From assembly GCA_947177135.1 (NCBI GenBank), contig CAMWTI010000001.1, positions 101 through 64,100 on the forward strand: 64,000 nt of DNA. The letters are read 5' to 3'. Below the pieces are notes generated by a model that was not told the origin of the DNA, searched no databases, and was given only the letters and a program-made list of their open reading frames with translations. Positions 1-9,902 of the stretch are shown here, one piece after another (positions within the stretch are counted from its first letter, which is position 1; every line of letters begins with the position of its first letter). The position numbers and the translations under genes were made by a program. This DNA is from an uncultured Porphyromonadaceae bacterium (GTDB lineage: Bacteria > Bacteroidota > Bacteroidia > Bacteroidales > Muribaculaceae).

Positions 1-1857
1 TCATGGGGGCTGTCTGCCCGGTCGACATACGTGAAGCGCTATAAATTCTCCGGGAATTTCCAGGCTTCGTTCCTCAAGACGGTCTATGGCGAAAAGGGCA
101 ATCCGGATTATGCCACCGCGACAAACTTCCAGGTGCTCTGGAGCCACACCCAGGATCCGAAGGCCAATCCGAATCTGAGTTTCTCAGCATCGGTCAACTT
201 TGCAACAAGCGGATATTCGCGCAATGACGTCAACTCATACTATAACAGCAACTTCACCGAAAACACCAAAGGCTCGACAATCAACATGACCTATCGGCTG
301 CCGGGGTCGAAATGGTCGTTCAGCGCCACGGCGAGCATCAACCAGCGATCGAGCGACAACACCATGTCGATGTCATTCCCCAATCTGACGGTGTCCATGT
401 CTCAGATCGCGCCGTTCAAGCGCAAGCGGGCTGTCGGCGCCGAAAAATGGTATGAGAAGATCAAACTATCCTACAGCGGACAATTCCAGAACTCACTGAC
501 CAGCAAGCAAAACGAATTTTTCAAGAAAAGCCTCATCAAAGACTGGCGCAACGGCATGAAGCACTCTGTGCCGGTGTCGGCGACATTCCAGATGCTGAAA
601 TACATCAACATCACGCCGTCACTGCGCCTGGAAGACAGGATGTACTCGTCGAAAGTGCGCCGCCAGTGGGATCCGAATGCATCGGCCGAAGTGTGCGACA
701 CGACCTACAGCTTTTACAACGTGTGGGACTTCTCGGCCTCACTCTCTTTCTCCACCAAGCTCTACGGATTCTACCAGCCGCTGCCGTTTCTCGGCGACAA
801 GGTGAAAATGATACGCCACGTGCTCACTCCGTCCATCTCCTTCACCGGCTCACCTGATTTCAGCTCTCCGTTTTTCGGTTACTACGGCCGCTATCAGAAA
901 CCGACTCCCGACGGCAAAGGCCACACAACCGAGGTATACTCGATGTTTCCAAACGCGCTGTATGCCGTGCCTGGACGCGGCAAGCAGGGGATGATGACGG
1001 TGTCGCTGGCCAACAATGTGGAGATGAAAGTTCGTTCCGATAATGACTCGACAGGAGAAAAAAAGATATCGATCATCGAGAACCTACAACTTAATCAGAG
1101 CTATAATTTCGCAGCCGACTCAATGCGCCTGAGCAATCTGAACGCATCGATTCTGCTGCGTCTGGCCAAGAACTTCAACCTCAACCTCTCCACCACCTGG
1201 GACGTCTATACCTACAAGCTCAACCAATACGGCAACCCCTATCGTTGCAACACCCTGCGCATGCAGGCCGGCAAGGGATACGGCCGGCTGTCGAGCACTG
1301 GCACATCGTTCTCCTACACGTTCAATAACGCCACCTTCGACAAACTATTCCGGCGCAACAAGGACAAAGACAAAAAGGAAAGCGGCGAAAAGGATCCAGG
1401 AGAAAATTCCGGCGGCAGACAATCACAGTCGGGGAACAGGAAAAAAGGCAAGAACGACAGCGAAGGAGAGTTTGACGCCGACGGCTATCAACACTGGAAA
1501 TTCCCATGGAGTTTTTCGGTCAACTATTCGGTCAACTATGGCTATGGGGCATTCAATAAAAAGAAGATGGAATATGACGGCAAATTCACCCAAAACCTGT
1601 CGTTTTCCGGATCAGTGCAGCCCACTCCCAACTGGAATTTATCATTCTCGGCGTCATACAACTTCGATCTCGGAAAAATCGCCTATATGAACTGCAACAT
1701 CAGCCGCGATCTCCACTGCTTCACCATGACCGCGAGCTTCGTGCCTGTCGGACCATATAAGAGCTACAACTTCCACATCGCCGTCAAATCGTCGTTGCTC
1801 TCCGACCTGAAATATGACAAACGCTCGTCATACTCCGATGGCGTCGACTGGTATTGA
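1..1857 (+). CDS. Outer-membrane beta-barrel protein, Bacteroidota LptD-like family, C-terminal part (5' end outside the window)
   Basis: Frame 1 is open from nt 1, with no stop before the listed start at 31. The sequence has alternating aromatic/polar beta-strand patterns (SFSASVNF, WSFSATASINQ, FSVNYSVNYGYG) and an aromatic C-terminus (DGVDWY). It resembles the Bacteroidota putative LPS-assembly (LptD-like) family. There is an internal K/D/G/S-rich low-complexity loop at about nt 1345-1480. Confidence 0.55.
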   Translation, partial: SWGLSARSTYVKRYKFSGNFQASFLKTVYGEKGNPDYATATNFQVLWSHTQDPKANPNLSFSASVNFATSGYSRNDVNSYYNSNFTENTKGSTINMTYRLPGSKWSFSATASINQRSSDNTMSMSFPNLTVSMSQIAPFKRKRAVGAEKWYEKIKLSYSGQFQNSLTSKQNEFFKKSLIKDWRNGMKHSVPVSATFQMLKYINITPSLRLEDRMYSSKVRRQWDPNASAEVCDTTYSFYNVWDFSASLSFSTKLYGFYQPLPFLGDKVKMIRHVLTPSISFTGSPDFSSPFFGYYGRYQKPTPDGKGHTTEVYSMFPNALYAVPGRGKQGMMTVSLANNVEMKVRSDNDSTGEKKISIIENLQLNQSYNFAADSMRLSNLNASILLRLAKNFNLNLSTTWDVYTYKLNQYGNPYRCNTLRMQAGKGYGRLSSTGTSFSYTFNNATFDKLFRRNKDKDKKESGEKDPGENSGGRQSQSGNRKKGKNDSEGEFDADGYQHWKFPWSFSVNYSVNYGYGAFNKKKMEYDGKFTQNLSFSGSVQPTPNWNLSFSASYNFDLGKIAYMNCNISRDLHCFTMTASFVPVGPYKSYNFHIAVKSSLLSDLKYDKRSSYSDGVDWY

Positions 1858-2326
1858 CCGCGACATACCACTGGCAATCAGAGAGGTGGCTGCCAACAAA
1901 AGACTCTATATGCCGCTGCTGCTCGAGGGCGACGAGTCGGTGACAATGATTGACCGCTATCTTGATCGCGGCCGACTCTACGCCGGCTTTCTCGGCGACA
2001 AGGCCGTTGCCGTCTGCGTGATTACCAAGGAATCCGACGGACTGGTCGAGGTGAAGAATCTGGCCGTTGACTCCGGCGTGCGCCGCAGAGGCTACGGCCG
2101 GCAGATGCTCCGTTATGTGGAGGAACTGCACCCGAGATCAACCGTCACTCTCGGCACAGGCGAAACTCCATCGACCCTCCGCTTCTATGAATCGTGCGGC
2201 TACAGATTTTCACACCGCATACACGGATTTTTCACCGACAACTACCCTCACCCGATTGTCGAGGAGGGAGTGACTCTGCGAGATATGATATATCTGACAA
2301 AAAATACCGACCAGACAGATGTTTAA
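1838..2326 (+). CDS. GNAT family N-acetyltransferase
   Basis: Acetyl-CoA binding motif region VRRRGYGRQML and the typical GNAT core (LVEVKNLAVDSG ... FYESCGYRF). The start is uncertain (ATG at 1814 or 1838), and both overlap the upstream stop at 1857. Confidence 0.75.
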   Translation: MASTGIDRDIPLAIREVAANKRLYMPLLLEGDESVTMIDRYLDRGRLYAGFLGDKAVAVCVITKESDGLVEVKNLAVDSGVRRRGYGRQMLRYVEELHPRSTVTLGTGETPSTLRFYESCGYRFSHRIHGFFTDNYPHPIVEEGVTLRDMIYLTKNTDQTDV

Positions 2327-2383
2327 ACAAATTCTGAAATTAGTGGCAAGCCTCATGCCCGGAGCAACTACTGCCGGCGACGT

Positions 2384-3334
2384 TCAGAGATCATAAGCAT
2401 ACGCGTCATAACAGACTGCGCGCCCGCCAAATCCCTCTTTCTGGTGCATAAGGCCCTCGTTTAAGACGGTGCCGCCTTGTTCGGTAGATATTCCGAAATC
2501 GAAGAAGCGCGATTTGCATTCAGCGATAAGAGTGTGAAACAGAAGATCGAGCGCCCCGCATTCGCGCCCTGCTTCCGATGCCGATATATATTGCACGTGA
2601 GTCACCGGACCGCACAGATACAGCACGCACCCTGCCACGATGTCGCCACCGATCCTGGCCACGTTCAGACGGATATTGCCCGGAAAGCGGCTTCCGAGCA
2701 GCACCATCTCATCGACCGTGTGCACCGGAGCGACGCCGTGACGCTCCGCCAGATTGCGGGTCAGTATTTTCCAGAATCCGGCATAGTCGGCTGAATCCGT
2801 TTCAATAATGACGCCGGCCTTCTGCGCCTTCCTGAGGCCTCGCCTGCGATTCTGGCTGAAAGTCAGAGGACAACCGGTGTCAATGACCGATGCCACCGCG
2901 CGGGCTTCGAGACGCGCGCCGCAGCAGGCGAAGATAGCATACAGATCCTCTTCGGCAGGCATACGGTGATATATGTGCGGTACCGGCTTGTAGATGATCC
3001 GGGCGCAACCCTCGGCGCGCAATCGGGCGTTGATCGCTCTGAACGCTCCGATGACAGTCTGCTGAGAGGCGGTCGGCGCTGTAAGCAGCCCGCCATATGT
3101 CAGCCCTCCGTGCGAGCACACCGTGCCGTCGTCACGACGGTCGGCAGGAAAAACCGCCACAAGGGTGTCACCGTCAGACACCATAAGCGACGAATCCCGG
3201 AAGCGATGGCTGTGATAGTCCATATAGCCCCGCATATGCAGAAACGTGGAGTTACGCGCTTTGCTGACAAAATCGTCCCAGAGGCCGCGGTCGGCCTCCG
3301 GGACGTAATATCGGACTGTCAGTCGGTCAGTCAT
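2384..3334 (-). CDS. FemAB/BioF2-like GNAT-fold acyltransferase (Acetyltransf_6-like)
   Basis: 316 aa. It resembles the GNAT/FemAB-like family by N-terminal WDDFV...STFLH and C-terminal HTLIAECKSRFFDFG...NEGLMHQKEGFG. Its start overlaps the stop of the upstream aminotransferase by 4 nt, suggesting coupling. Confidence 0.5.
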   Translation of the reverse strand: MTDRLTVRYYVPEADRGLWDDFVSKARNSTFLHMRGYMDYHSHRFRDSSLMVSDGDTLVAVFPADRRDDGTVCSHGGLTYGGLLTAPTASQQTVIGAFRAINARLRAEGCARIIYKPVPHIYHRMPAEEDLYAIFACCGARLEARAVASVIDTGCPLTFSQNRRRGLRKAQKAGVIIETDSADYAGFWKILTRNLAERHGVAPVHTVDEMVLLGSRFPGNIRLNVARIGGDIVAGCVLYLCGPVTHVQYISASEAGRECGALDLLFHTLIAECKSRFFDFGISTEQGGTVLNEGLMHQKEGFGGRAVCYDAYAYDL

Positions 3335-4530
3335 AATGAATCGACGGCCGCTTTGAGCCTGCGCATGGCCTCGGCTATCACGGACGCGGGTGCCCCCACG
3401 TTAAGGCGCATATGTCCTTCGCCGCCGGGGCCGAACATCTCTCCATCGTTCAGCAGCAGACCGGCTTTCTTGACAAAAAGGTCCTGAAGCCGGTCATGGT
3501 CGAGACCGAGGTCCGTGCAGTCCAGCCATACCAGAAACGATGCTTCGGGATGATATGGCCTGATGGCCGGGATCTCAGCCTTGCAATATTCGCTGACGAA
3601 ATTGACGTTGCGCTCGATCTGGGCCAGCATCTCCTTGCGCCACTCGGCTCCATGGGTGAAGGCCGCTATCGTGGCTATAGGAGAGAATATGTTGGGATCG
3701 GCGAATTCATTGGCGTCCATCCACTCAAACAGAGCCTTGCGGAGCTTTTCGGAGGGCACTATGGCATATGAGCTGACCACTCCGGCCATGTTGAAAGTCT
3801 TGCTCGGAGAGCCGAAGGTCACCGAGCATTCGGCGGCTTCCGGGCTTACGGACGCGAACGGGATGTGACGCTGTCCCCACAGAGCCATATCCGAATGGAT
3901 CTCGTCGGAAATCACGATTATGCCGCGTTCATGACAGAATTTGGCCAGACGACGCAGAGTGTCGGCATCCCAGAGCACACCGCCAGGATTGTGGGGGTTG
4001 CACAGAATCAGCAGACGGCACTTCTCGTCGGCCACCTCGGCAAGATGGTCGAAATCCATTTCATACTTGCCTTCAGCATTGATTTTAAGCGGATTGAACA
4101 CGACCTGACGGCGATTCCCTTCTGGCACCATGCGAAACGGATGATAGACCGGAGGCTGGATGATAACCTTCTCGTCCTCCTTTACAAAACGGTTGAGAAC
4201 AAAGCCTATGCCCTTGACAATGCCAGGCACAAAGCGAAACCATTCCGTTTCGGTCTTCCATCCGTGAAGACCTTCTATCCAGCGGCTGACAGTGGGCCAA
4301 AGCTCGACCGGAGGATCTGTATACCCAAGCACAGGGTGATCAAGACGTCGACGCAACGCGTCAATGATAAAGTCTGGCGTCGGAAAGTCCATGTCGGCGA
4401 TCCAGAGCGAGATCAGATCGGCATCTTCACTTTCCGCACCGGTCATGGCCGGTATGCGACAGTACTTTATAGCGCCGGTGTAATGACGGTCCACCGGCGT
4501 CACAAAATCGAAATGTGAGTTTTGTGTCAT
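3331..4530 (-). CDS. patB: MalY/PatB-family PLP-dependent C-S lyase (class I/II aminotransferase fold)
   Basis: 399 aa. It has the DFPTP motif, LCNPHNPGG, and the PLP-lysine motif SPSKTFNMAG. Confidence 0.85.
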   Translation of the reverse strand: MTQNSHFDFVTPVDRHYTGAIKYCRIPAMTGAESEDADLISLWIADMDFPTPDFIIDALRRRLDHPVLGYTDPPVELWPTVSRWIEGLHGWKTETEWFRFVPGIVKGIGFVLNRFVKEDEKVIIQPPVYHPFRMVPEGNRRQVVFNPLKINAEGKYEMDFDHLAEVADEKCRLLILCNPHNPGGVLWDADTLRRLAKFCHERGIIVISDEIHSDMALWGQRHIPFASVSPEAAECSVTFGSPSKTFNMAGVVSSYAIVPSEKLRKALFEWMDANEFADPNIFSPIATIAAFTHGAEWRKEMLAQIERNVNFVSEYCKAEIPAIRPYHPEASFLVWLDCTDLGLDHDRLQDLFVKKAGLLLNDGEMFGPGGEGHMRLNVGAPASVIAEAMRRLKAAVDSL

Positions 4531-4605
4531 GGTTAAAAATTAAAGTCAGTGTGCAAATGTAGTCATTTATTTGCATATTACGCTCAAAAAATCTTATTTT
4601 TGCAT

Positions 4606-5103
4606 ATGAAAAAGAATCTGACACTCGCTGTAACCGGCATCACAACCTCAGGACGTGATGCTGTAAAGCTATTGGTGACTCGACATTTCGGGCCAAATGT
4701 TGACTATCTCCATGAGCCGGACGGCTCGCCGGTGCTTTCCGGAACTACGGAGCGCATATCGGCCAGCCATTCCCGTCACTGGGCCGCACTGGCCATACAC
4801 CCCACCATGCGTCCTGGCGTGGACATTGAAGAAAATCGCCCCGGGCAGCTCGAACGGGTGGCCCAGAAGTTCTTGTCAGAGCGCGAAATGCCGATATGGG
4901 CCGACCGGCTGCTGGAAGCCTGGACCTGCAAAGAAGCAGTCTACAAGGCCGCCGGATGCCAAGGACTGGCACTGACCGACATTGACCTGACGACAGACGG
5001 AGTAGCTTCAGTGCCCGACGGACGCCGGTTCAGCCTGACGACGACACGCACCAATGACTATGCTCTGACCGCAGCGCTGCCAATAACCGACGATCAGAAA
5101 TGA
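4606..5103 (+). CDS. 4'-phosphopantetheinyl transferase (Sfp-type)
   Basis: Carries the PGVDIEE (G-x-D-x-E) and WTCKEAVYKA (W-x-x-KEA-x-x-K) motifs. The start is taken at MKKNLTL, because the ORF-track start at 4549 lies in AT-rich promoter sequence. Confidence 0.8.
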   Translation: MKKNLTLAVTGITTSGRDAVKLLVTRHFGPNVDYLHEPDGSPVLSGTTERISASHSRHWAALAIHPTMRPGVDIEENRPGQLERVAQKFLSEREMPIWADRLLEAWTCKEAVYKAAGCQGLALTDIDLTTDGVASVPDGRRFSLTTTRTNDYALTAALPITDDQK

Positions 5104-5336
5104 ACTCGACAACAGAAACAATCGCACAGCTGAGCCGGCTGATCGAACAGAATCCCGATGACCCGCAGGCATATTATCGTCGCGGAAGCCTGTATTGGAA
5201 ACTCGGACAACGAGCCGCCGCCATAACCGACTTCAACACATCGGCCCGCATCGATCCGGACGGACCGGGGGCGGTGGCCGCCGAACATGCCATGGCCATA
5301 ATGTCTTTCTTCAATCCCGACCAGTTTAATCCCTGA
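5100..5336 (+). CDS. Small TPR-repeat protein
   Basis: 78 aa. TPR-like consensus PDDPQAYYRRGSLYWKLGQRAAAITDFNTSARIDPD. ATGA overlap with the PPTase stop. Confidence 0.55.
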   Translation: MNSTTETIAQLSRLIEQNPDDPQAYYRRGSLYWKLGQRAAAITDFNTSARIDPDGPGAVAAEHAMAIMSFFNPDQFNP

Positions 5337-5377
5337 CTCCCTCCGTCTGCCCAAAGTCACACGAATAAATAATACCA

Positions 5378-5410
5378 GCGGCCACCACCCGAAACAGAGG
5401 CAGTGGCCGC
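5378..5410. terminator. Hairpin between convergent genes (8-bp stem GCGGCCAC/GTGGCCGC)
   Basis: Read directly from the sequence. It lies between the convergent stops at 5336 (+) and 5439 (-). Confidence 0.35.
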
Positions 5411-5438
5411 ACATCTAACATACATTACACCGTATCAG

Positions 5439-6062
5439 TCAGTCAACATGAAAGAAGTCGACATCGACCGATCCGCCGGTCTTCTTGGTCGAGAAATTAT
5501 ATATGGCGAACTCGCTTGACGGATCGGTGGCAAAAGCGGAATCACCGACCGGAGTCCATTGTTCGCCATCGGAGCTGAACGACAGCGATGCGAGATGATC
5601 ATCGCCGACTTCAGTACGCAGATAGACAGTGTGACCCGGCATTGGAATGACAAGTTTGTCGGCATCATTCTCCTCAAGCACCACAAATTTGCGTATGCCA
5701 CGCACCTTCACACTGAGAAGCGCGTTGCTCTGACCCGTGACAATGCCGAATCCGGCCGCGTCACCCTCTTTCATCTTGGCTGTCGTGATCTTGACAACAG
5801 CAGTACATGCCTTATCGCCGACCGGCTGCACAAGAGTGCCATGGGCCGATCCGAAATTCTCGGAAACCGCAGTTGTCTTCAGACGCAACTTGCCTGGAGC
5901 GGCCGTCAGACTCATTCCGTCTGACTCTGCCGGCGCGTTTTTCCACTGCCAGTGACTGCCGAGAGTATTCGAGTCAAAATCATCACTTGTGGCCGGAGCG
6001 GCCGCAAACGCCATTGAAGCCGACATAAAAACGGCCGATGTAAGTGCTACTAAATTCTTCAT
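5439..6062 (-). CDS. Secreted concanavalin-A-like lectin/glucanase-fold protein (resembles the C-terminal domain of GH43 beta-xylosidases)
   Basis: Signal peptide MKNLVALTSAVFMSASMAFA, followed by DDFDSNTLGSHWQW...LRLKT..., typical of that domain. Confidence 0.5.
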   Translation of the reverse strand: MKNLVALTSAVFMSASMAFAAAPATSDDFDSNTLGSHWQWKNAPAESDGMSLTAAPGKLRLKTTAVSENFGSAHGTLVQPVGDKACTAVVKITTAKMKEGDAAGFGIVTGQSNALLSVKVRGIRKFVVLEENDADKLVIPMPGHTVYLRTEVGDDHLASLSFSSDGEQWTPVGDSAFATDPSSEFAIYNFSTKKTGGSVDVDFFHVD

Positions 6063-6104
6063 TGTATATCTGTATTTTTGTTTTGTTTATCTAATATCCG
6101 GATG

Positions 6105-6112
6105 CAAAGTTA
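6105..6112 (-). promoter_or_regulatory. Bacteroidota -7 promoter box (TAACTTTG on minus strand)
   Basis: Matches TAnnTTTG about 43 nt upstream of the start at 6062. Confidence 0.5.
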
Positions 6113-6375
6113 ACGCCAGAGACCGGAAGCATGCAACCGACAATGAAACAAATGATTATATCTGTGTTACATGGTCCGGACGTTTCGTTACAAATCTCTT
6201 TCTATATGTTACATGACTGCTGATTATCAGGCATATAGCCACTTAACGTCATCTCACTACGACAACATCCTCCATCCGGCACACAAACAGATTGCACAGC
6301 CCGACACAATGTTGATTATTTATGACCTCCACTATTTTTTATCTCCACATTCTTGACTCGGAGGAGAAAATTCAC

Positions 6376-6383
6376 TAAATTTG
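6376..6383 (+). promoter_or_regulatory. Bacteroidota -7 promoter box (TAAATTTG) upstream of ppdK
   Basis: Matches TAnnTTTG 85 nt upstream of the ppdK ATG. Confidence 0.5.
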
Positions 6384-6467
6384 CACAATAGTATTTAGTC
6401 GCATCAGCGGCAACGACAGAGCAATTTCAATATAAAATCATTATAATCAATCAATTAACCAAGATTT

Positions 6468-9182
6468 ATGAAAAGAGTCTATACATTCGGCGACGGAAAA
6501 GCCGAAGGAAAAGCCTCCGACAGAAACCTGCTCGGCGGCAAAGGCGCTAATCTGGCTGAAATGAACCTTCTGGGTATGCCAGTGCCTCCCGGCTTCACCA
6601 TCACCACCGACGTCTGCACAGAATACACACAGTATGGCCGCGACGAGGTTGTCAGCCGCATCAAAGCCGAAGTGGAAGCCGCCATGGCCCACGTTGAGAC
6701 ACTGACCGGCAAGAAATTCAACAACCCCGAAAATCCCCTGCTCGTATCCGTGCGCTCAGGAGCCCGCGCTTCAATGCCCGGCATGATGGACACCGTGCTC
6801 AACCTCGGCATGAACGACGCCACGGTGGCATCTCTGGCTGAAAAAAGCGGCAACCCCCGTTTTGCATGGGACAGCTACCGCCGCTTCGTGCAGATGTATG
6901 GCGACGTGGTGCTCGGCATGAAGCCGAAATCCAAGACCGACATCGACCCGTTTGAAGCCATCATGGACAAGGTCAAAGAGGAAAAAGGCGTCAAGCTCGA
7001 CACCGAACTGACCGTCGAAGATCTTCAGGCCCTGGTAGGACTCTTCAAAGGAGCTGTCAAGGATTTTACCGGCAAAGACTTCCCCGACAACGCATGGGAT
7101 CAGCTCTGGGGCGGCATCTGCGCCGTATTTGACAGCTGGATGAACGAACGCGCCATCCTCTATCGCCGCATGAACCAGATCCCCGAAGAATGGGGCACCG
7201 CTGTCAACGTGCAGGCAATGGTCTATGGCAACATGGGCAGCAACTCTGCCACCGGCGTGGCATTCAGCCGCGACGCCGCCACTGGCGAAAACATCTTCAA
7301 CGGCGAATATCTGATCAACGCCCAGGGCGAAGACGTCGTTGCCGGCATCCGCACCCCGCAGCAGATCACCGTCGAAGGATCACGCCGCTGGGCCGCTCTT
7401 CAGGGCATCTCTGAAGAAGAACGCGCAGCCAAATATCCTTCGCTCGAAGAATCAATGCCCACCTGCGCCGCCGAACTGATCGCCATCGCCCACCGCCTGG
7501 AAGACCATTACAAAGACATGCAGGACATGGAGTTCACCATCCAGGACGGCAAACTCTGGATGCTCCAGACCCGCAACGGCAAGCGCACCGGCGCAGCAAT
7601 GGTGAAAATCGCCATGGATCTGCTCCGCGCAGGCGAAATCGACGAAAAGACCTGCCTGATGCGCATGGAGCCTCAGAAACTTGACGAACTGCTCCACCCC
7701 GTATTTGACAAAGCAGCACTCAAGCGCGCCAAAGTAGCGGCCAAAGGCCTGCCCGCATCGCCAGGCGCAGCCTCCGGACAGATCGTGTTCTTCGCCGACG
7801 ACGCCGAAAACTGGGCCGAACGCAAAAAGAAAGTAGTGCTCGTGCGCATCGAAACATCGCCTGAAGACCTGCGCGGCATGGCCGTGGCACAAGGCATTCT
7901 CACAATGCGCGGCGGCATGACCAGCCACGCTGCCGTTGTGGCCCGCGGCATGGGCAAATGCTGCGTATCCGGCGCCGGTGAAATCGTTGTCGACTACGAA
8001 GCACGCACCGTCACAATGAGCGGAAAGACCTACAACGAGGGCGACTGGATCTCGCTCAACGGATCGACCGGCGACGTATATGACGGCCAGGTGCCCACCA
8101 CCGAACCCGAACTCGACGGCGACTTCGGCGCAATCATGAACCTCGCCGAAAAATTCACCAAAACACTCGTCCGCACAAACGCCGACTCTCCCCGTGACGC
8201 CAAACAGGCTCGCGCATTCGGCGCCCAGGGCATCGGCCTCTGCCGCACAGAGCACATGTTCTTTGAAGGCAACCGCATCGACGCTGTCCGCGAAATGATC
8301 CTCGCGTCCGACGTCGAAGGCCGCCGCGTCGCCCTGGCCAAACTGCTCCCCATGCAGCGCGGCGACTTCGAAGGAATCTTTGAAGCCATGGACGGATACG
8401 GTGTGACCATCCGTCTGCTCGATCCCCCGTTGCACGAATTCGTACCCCACCAGACCGCAACCCAGAAGGAACTGGCCGAAAAACTCGGTCTCACCCTCGA
8501 AGAAGTGAAAGCCAAGGTAGACTCACTCGAAGAGTTCAACCCCATGCTCGGACACCGCGGCTGCCGCCTCGGCATCACCTATCCCGAAATCACCGAGATG
8601 CAGACCCGCGCCATCATCGAAGCCGCCCTCGCCGTAAAGGCACGCGGCATCGACGTGCACCCCGAAATCATGATCCCGCTGGTAGGTTCGCTTAAAGAAA
8701 TCCAGAACCAGGCTGCCGTCATCCACGCCACTGCCGACAAAGTATTTGCCGAACAGGGCCGTTCACTCCCCTACCTGGTCGGCACAATGATCGAAGTGCC
8801 CCGCGCCGCGCTGGTGGCTGACCAGATCGCCGAAGTGGCCGAATTCTTCTCATTCGGCACCAACGACCTCACCCAGATGACATTCGGCTTCAGCCGCGAC
8901 GACGCGCCCAAGTTCCTCAAATACTACAAGGAACACGGCATCATCAAGGTTGATCCGTTTGAAGTCCTCGACCAGGAAGGCGTAGGCCAGCTTGTGGAAA
9001 TGGGCGTCAAGAAAGGCCGCGCAACCCGCACCGACCTCAAAGTCGGCATCTGCGGCGAACACGGCGGCGAACCTTCGTCAGTCAAGTTCTGCGCCAAACT
9101 CGGCATGAACTATGTCAGCTGCTCGCCCTTCCGCGTGCCCATCGCCCGAGTGGCTGCGGCGCAGGCTGCTATCGAAGAGTAA
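6468..9182 (+). CDS. ppdK: Pyruvate, phosphate dikinase
   Basis: 904 aa. It has the N-terminal GGKGANLAEM ATP-grasp signature, the phosphohistidine region GGMTSHAAVVARG, and the C-terminal PEP-utilising TIM barrel (GICGEHGGEP). Confidence 0.97.
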   Translation: MKRVYTFGDGKAEGKASDRNLLGGKGANLAEMNLLGMPVPPGFTITTDVCTEYTQYGRDEVVSRIKAEVEAAMAHVETLTGKKFNNPENPLLVSVRSGARASMPGMMDTVLNLGMNDATVASLAEKSGNPRFAWDSYRRFVQMYGDVVLGMKPKSKTDIDPFEAIMDKVKEEKGVKLDTELTVEDLQALVGLFKGAVKDFTGKDFPDNAWDQLWGGICAVFDSWMNERAILYRRMNQIPEEWGTAVNVQAMVYGNMGSNSATGVAFSRDAATGENIFNGEYLINAQGEDVVAGIRTPQQITVEGSRRWAALQGISEEERAAKYPSLEESMPTCAAELIAIAHRLEDHYKDMQDMEFTIQDGKLWMLQTRNGKRTGAAMVKIAMDLLRAGEIDEKTCLMRMEPQKLDELLHPVFDKAALKRAKVAAKGLPASPGAASGQIVFFADDAENWAERKKKVVLVRIETSPEDLRGMAVAQGILTMRGGMTSHAAVVARGMGKCCVSGAGEIVVDYEARTVTMSGKTYNEGDWISLNGSTGDVYDGQVPTTEPELDGDFGAIMNLAEKFTKTLVRTNADSPRDAKQARAFGAQGIGLCRTEHMFFEGNRIDAVREMILASDVEGRRVALAKLLPMQRGDFEGIFEAMDGYGVTIRLLDPPLHEFVPHQTATQKELAEKLGLTLEEVKAKVDSLEEFNPMLGHRGCRLGITYPEITEMQTRAIIEAALAVKARGIDVHPEIMIPLVGSLKEIQNQAAVIHATADKVFAEQGRSLPYLVGTMIEVPRAALVADQIAEVAEFFSFGTNDLTQMTFGFSRDDAPKFLKYYKEHGIIKVDPFEVLDQEGVGQLVEMGVKKGRATRTDLKVGICGEHGGEPSSVKFCAKLGMNYVSCSPFRVPIARVAAAQAAIEE

Positions 9183-9207
9183 TCCCCTGAATAATCAGCA
9201 ATTAACA

Positions 9208-9253
9208 AAGGCTGCAATGCATGTCCCAATCGGCAGCATTGCAGCCTTTTCTA
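9208..9253 (+). terminator. Rho-independent terminator after ppdK
   Basis: 14-bp perfect stem AAAGGCTGCAATGC / GCATTGCAGCCTTT (9208-9221 and 9237-9250), a 15-nt loop, followed by TTC. Confidence 0.75.
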
Positions 9254-9336
9254 ACTTCTTTAAGAACTTACATCCTTAAGGTGTTTAAAGTCCTTAAAGA
9301 CTCTAAAGACTTTATAATCCTTATGAAATTTAGGCT

Positions 9337-9882
9337 ATGAGCGATTTAATCCCCAACAGAGGCAATTACAAGAAACTTTTGAGTTATCAAAAAGCCGATG
9401 TTATTTATCAAATCACTTACTATTTCGCTGAACACTATATTCCTTATGGCGACAGGACTAAGGACCAGATGATTCAGGCGGCTCGTAGCGGGAAGCAAAA
9501 TATCATCGAAGGATGTGCAGCTTCTTCCACGTCTGCCAAGACTGAAATTAAGCTTGTCAATGTGGCTAAAGCAAGCCTGAAGGAATTGCTCGAGGACTAT
9601 GAGGATTATCTAAAGACTCATAATAAACCTCAATGGCTCAAAGGATGTTTGGAATTTGAGGCAATGCGAAAACTTGGCAGAGAGCACAATGACGCCGAAT
9701 TTTTCATGAACTTAATAGTAAGACGCCCACCCGAAACGATAGCCAACATGGCTATTATTCTAATCAATCAGGCCGACTACTTGCTCTTTAGACAACTTGA
9801 GAAATTATCAGAAGGATTTATTAATAATGGTGGGTTCTCAGAAAGAATGTCAACACTTCGTCGCAACAATCGCGGCTACTAA
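9337..9882 (+). CDS. Four-helix-bundle protein (23S rRNA IVS-protein family) with C-terminal suffix domain
   Basis: 181 aa. [14 protein letters not shown] ... [16 protein letters not shown] is characteristic of the family. The region is AT-richer than its flanks. Confidence 0.7.
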   Translation: MSDLIPNRGNYKKLLSYQKADVIYQITYYFAEHYIPYGDRTKDQMIQAARSGKQNIIEGCAASSTSAKTEIKLVNVAKASLKELLEDYEDYLKTHNKPQWLKGCLEFEAMRKLGREHNDAEFFMNLIVRRPPETIANMAIILINQADYLLFRQLEKLSEGFINNGGFSERMSTLRRNNRGY

Positions 9883-9902
9883 ATAACTATTTTCTCCTGA
9901 TT

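Noticed and set aside
4595-4602. TATTTTTG -7-like box 3 nt before the PPTase ATG
   Set aside because: It is too close to the start codon to leave room for a transcription start and ribosome binding. The real promoter for this gene is unclear.
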